Shown here one piece after another: positions 61,653 through 64,000 of a stretch of 64,000 nt of DNA. This DNA comes from Hyphochytrium catenoides (taxonomy: Eukaryota; Protista; Hyphochytriomycota). A model generated the notes under the pieces. The model saw only the letters and a program-made list of their open reading frames with translations, was not told the DNA's origin and made no database searches. Numbering within the stretch: position 1 is the stretch's first letter; the number at the start of each line of letters is the position of its first letter. The DNA is taken from positions 1 to 64,000 of the forward strand of contig FLMG01001193.1 of assembly GCA_900088475.1 (NCBI GenBank), in the 5' to 3' direction. Both the position numbers and the translations under genes were made by a program.

Positions 61653-62778
61653 ATGTCATATCATGAGGAGGAATACGCTGTAGCGCAGCAGCAGGACGAG
61701 AGCGAAGCTCCTCCAATCCCGAGGAGGAAGCTGAAGCCAAAGAAGCAATTAGATATGGAAGAGCCTCCTTCAGAAGAGGGCATTCGAGAACCCACCTTAG
61801 TTACTCTCCAGAGGGACAGGCCTTCTCCTGTTAAGGGCATCAAGAAGCCGCCTGTTGATTCGCCACCTGCCATCGTCTCTTCAGAGTTCCCCATCCTGGT
61901 AAAACTGAGCTTGATCCCCTATCTGGGCCCCGTTAAGTCCTGAATTTGTTCCCTGTTAGGAACTAGTCCCAGACACCGTGATAGGCAAGACTGTCGTGTT
62001 AAAGGGAGAGCTGTCATTTGACAAGTTGCTCAGAATTGATGGTCGGTTTGAGGGAGACCTGGTCTCTAATGGAAGTCTCATAGTAGGGCCATCAGGGGTA
62101 GTGATAGGGCACATCGAAGGTAGGAAGACCTGCCTTTATGACTCTAGTTACGAATTCAGTTCGTGCTGACTAAAATCTTGCCTTCCCTCAGACTTTGAGG
62201 AAGTCCTGGTGGATGGCAAGGTCTACGGAGATATTCTGGCGACCTCACTCATTATGAGAAGCAACTCACAAGTGTACGGAAACGTTAACACGAAGAGTCT
62301 TGTCATGCAGTCCAACTGTGTCTTAGTTGGCTACGCCTCTGTTCACCCATATGCTCCACAAGAGGTAAGACTCGCACTTCTGAACCCATCAAGTAACGAC
62401 GACTGAAAAGACCTCGCTATCCCCTCTCGTCTCAATCTGTCATCTATGCAGCCTACCATACCCGCTGATATTGCAAATGCGATCAAGCGGAGGGATGCCG
62501 CTCGCTATCAAGCGCAGGAGGAGACTGATAGACGTACGAAGGAAGAGACAAAGACCAACACAGCTGGGAGCGCTTCAGCTCCCGTCACTCTCCCTAGCCT
62601 TGTGCCTACTAGTGCTCAACCGCCTTCCCAGCCTCCTTCAACTCCGCCTCCTCCTTCAACTCCTGCTACACAGCCACAGCCATCAGCGGCAAAGACAGAG
62701 GTGTCCTATTCGCCATCGCCTCCCACGCTTCCACCCGCTGATGGCAAGGCCAAGAAGTCGTTTTTTGGGAAGAAATGA
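61653..62778 (+). CDS. bactofilin (CcmA-like polymer-forming cytoskeletal protein), 4 exons
   Basis: Spliced core TVIGKTVVLKGELSFDKLLRIDGRFEGDLVSNGSLIVGPSGVVIGHIE|DFEEVLVDGKVYGDILATSLIMRSNSQVYGNVNTKSLVMQSNCVLVG. GT-AG introns at ~61899-61960, 62120-62191 and 62364-62451. Confidence 0.9.
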
Positions 62779-62878
62779 AAAGGGTCTTTCAGCCATCACG
62801 CCGTCTATCTTACTGATACTGTCTACATTAAAAATATTCTCATAAATAGGGTAGGCATGTAGCTCAGTAATGGATATA

Positions 62879-62925
62879 NNNNNNNNNNNNNNNNNNNNNN
62901 NNNNNNNNNNNNNNNNNNNNNNNNN
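62879..62925. other. assembly gap (47 N)
   Basis: Run of N. Confidence 1.
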
Positions 62926-62929
62926 AGCA

Positions 62930-64000
62930 CTAAAACGCTGTAGGTCGTCTTCGGCCGGTGTACTTGCTGTCAGCCTTGACAGCTTTTCCTTTTCGCCGCT
63001 GCTGCTCCTTCTTGTTGGCAATCCAGTCCCTGAGGCGGATCAAAGATGATCAGACCTCCTTAATGAATCGGGCAGCGTGTCCCTCTATCAAGCTATTCAT
63101 GCTTACCTATCTTTGATACCCACCCTCCGGTTCGACTTTGACTGAAGAGGGAACGGAGGGAACAAAAGTTAGTTTTGATGGTACACTCGTACGTGTAACA
63201 GGTTATTCCGACCTTCTGTTTTTGTCTCCGAGCCTCAAACGTCGCTGTTGAGGAAGCTCCTTCAGTTCCCAGCCCACGAGGCAAGGTCTGACTCTCGGCA
63301 TACCCAGCAAACAGACAAAGATAGTATTTCTTGGCTTTGGTACTACGGATAACATTAGATCATGGTCATGTTGCAGATGTACGGAGCTCCCGGCGACCAA
63401 CCTGTTTGGATAATCAATGACCACGCCACCAGAGAAGCCATTCTTCATCGCCACGCCAGAAATGAGCTCAAGTTGCTCGGCATTCTCTGGATAGAGCTGC
63501 AGAACCGCCCTGGTAATAAGAAGTAAGCTAATGTCATGAGATTGTAGGAGCACAGGCTCAGACCCGCACCTGCTGCCGCGTTTGAGGCTGGTATAGAGAC
63601 TCGAGAAAAAGCGATTTAACCGCGTCCTGGAAGAATCATGGGTTAAGGCACTTTGTAGTTGTCAATTCGTAGACTCAAGATTTGATGACCTTGCCGTCTG
63701 TTCTTTCTGAGAGGAATAGCAGAGCCACTGGACGGCTGAGATGCTGATAGCCCCGTCAAATACACCGCTGCGAAAGGGGAGCCCGGTCCCCATGTCCTGT
63801 GAAAGTGACGAGCCGAATTAGTGCTAGGGAGCCTTGCTTCACTGACAAGTCAACCTCCTTACGCTTAGGCATAAATCCCCATCTCTATCTCTGTCAGCAG
63901 CTATTTCCAGCATGTGCTTGCTGATGTCCAGTCCAATCCAAGTGTGGCCAGCTTCCTCTATGGCCACTGCATGGAGGAGTTAGCAGCCTACATCAGCAAC
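62930..64000 (-). CDS. BUD23: 18S rRNA guanine-N7 methyltransferase, 3' portion (5' end outside the window)
   Basis: [89 protein letters not shown]. Confidence 0.95.

Noticed and set aside
62850-62878. tRNA-like 5' end (GGCATGTAGCTCAGT) next to the N gap
   Set aside because: No T-arm or complementary acceptor strand is visible. The remainder would fall in the gap, immediately beside the BUD23 stop.
335-64000. Stop-codon reassignment or non-canonical introns explaining the fragmented ORFs
   Set aside because: Every break I traced in conserved genes is explained by a GT-AG intron. TAA, TAG and TGA all serve as real stops.

Overview
Gene-dense, intron-rich eukaryotic nuclear DNA (roughly balanced GC, standard genetic code). 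Introns are mostly short GT-AG with CTAAC/CTGAC-like branch points, so the ORF track shows exon fragments. I spliced the genes by hand, and internal boundaries are approximate. About 18 protein genes: peroxisomal acyl-CoA oxidase, an EF-hand/coiled-coil protein, two tandem QSOX-like sulfhydryl oxidases, a SpoU/MRM1-type RNA methyltransferase, a family-16 lysine methyltransferase, a CENP-E-like kinesin-7, a SMYD, a membrane-anchored aspartic protease, an NPH3/NRL-like BTB protein, two tandem paralogues built from an unrecognised ~60-aa repeat, MsrB, a KRE6/SKN1-type GH16, a WRKY19-like Cys3His-repeat protein, a C2orf81-like protein, a spliced bactofilin and BUD23 (truncated by the window edge). 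There is also a 412-bp TIR element with a target-site duplication and a 47-N gap. The gene mix suggests a stramenopile (inference). The most unusual items are the tandem myristoylated novel-repeat proteins, the plant-type NPH3-like protein with a new Cys/His module, and the intron-containing bactofilin with a putative membrane-targeting tail.
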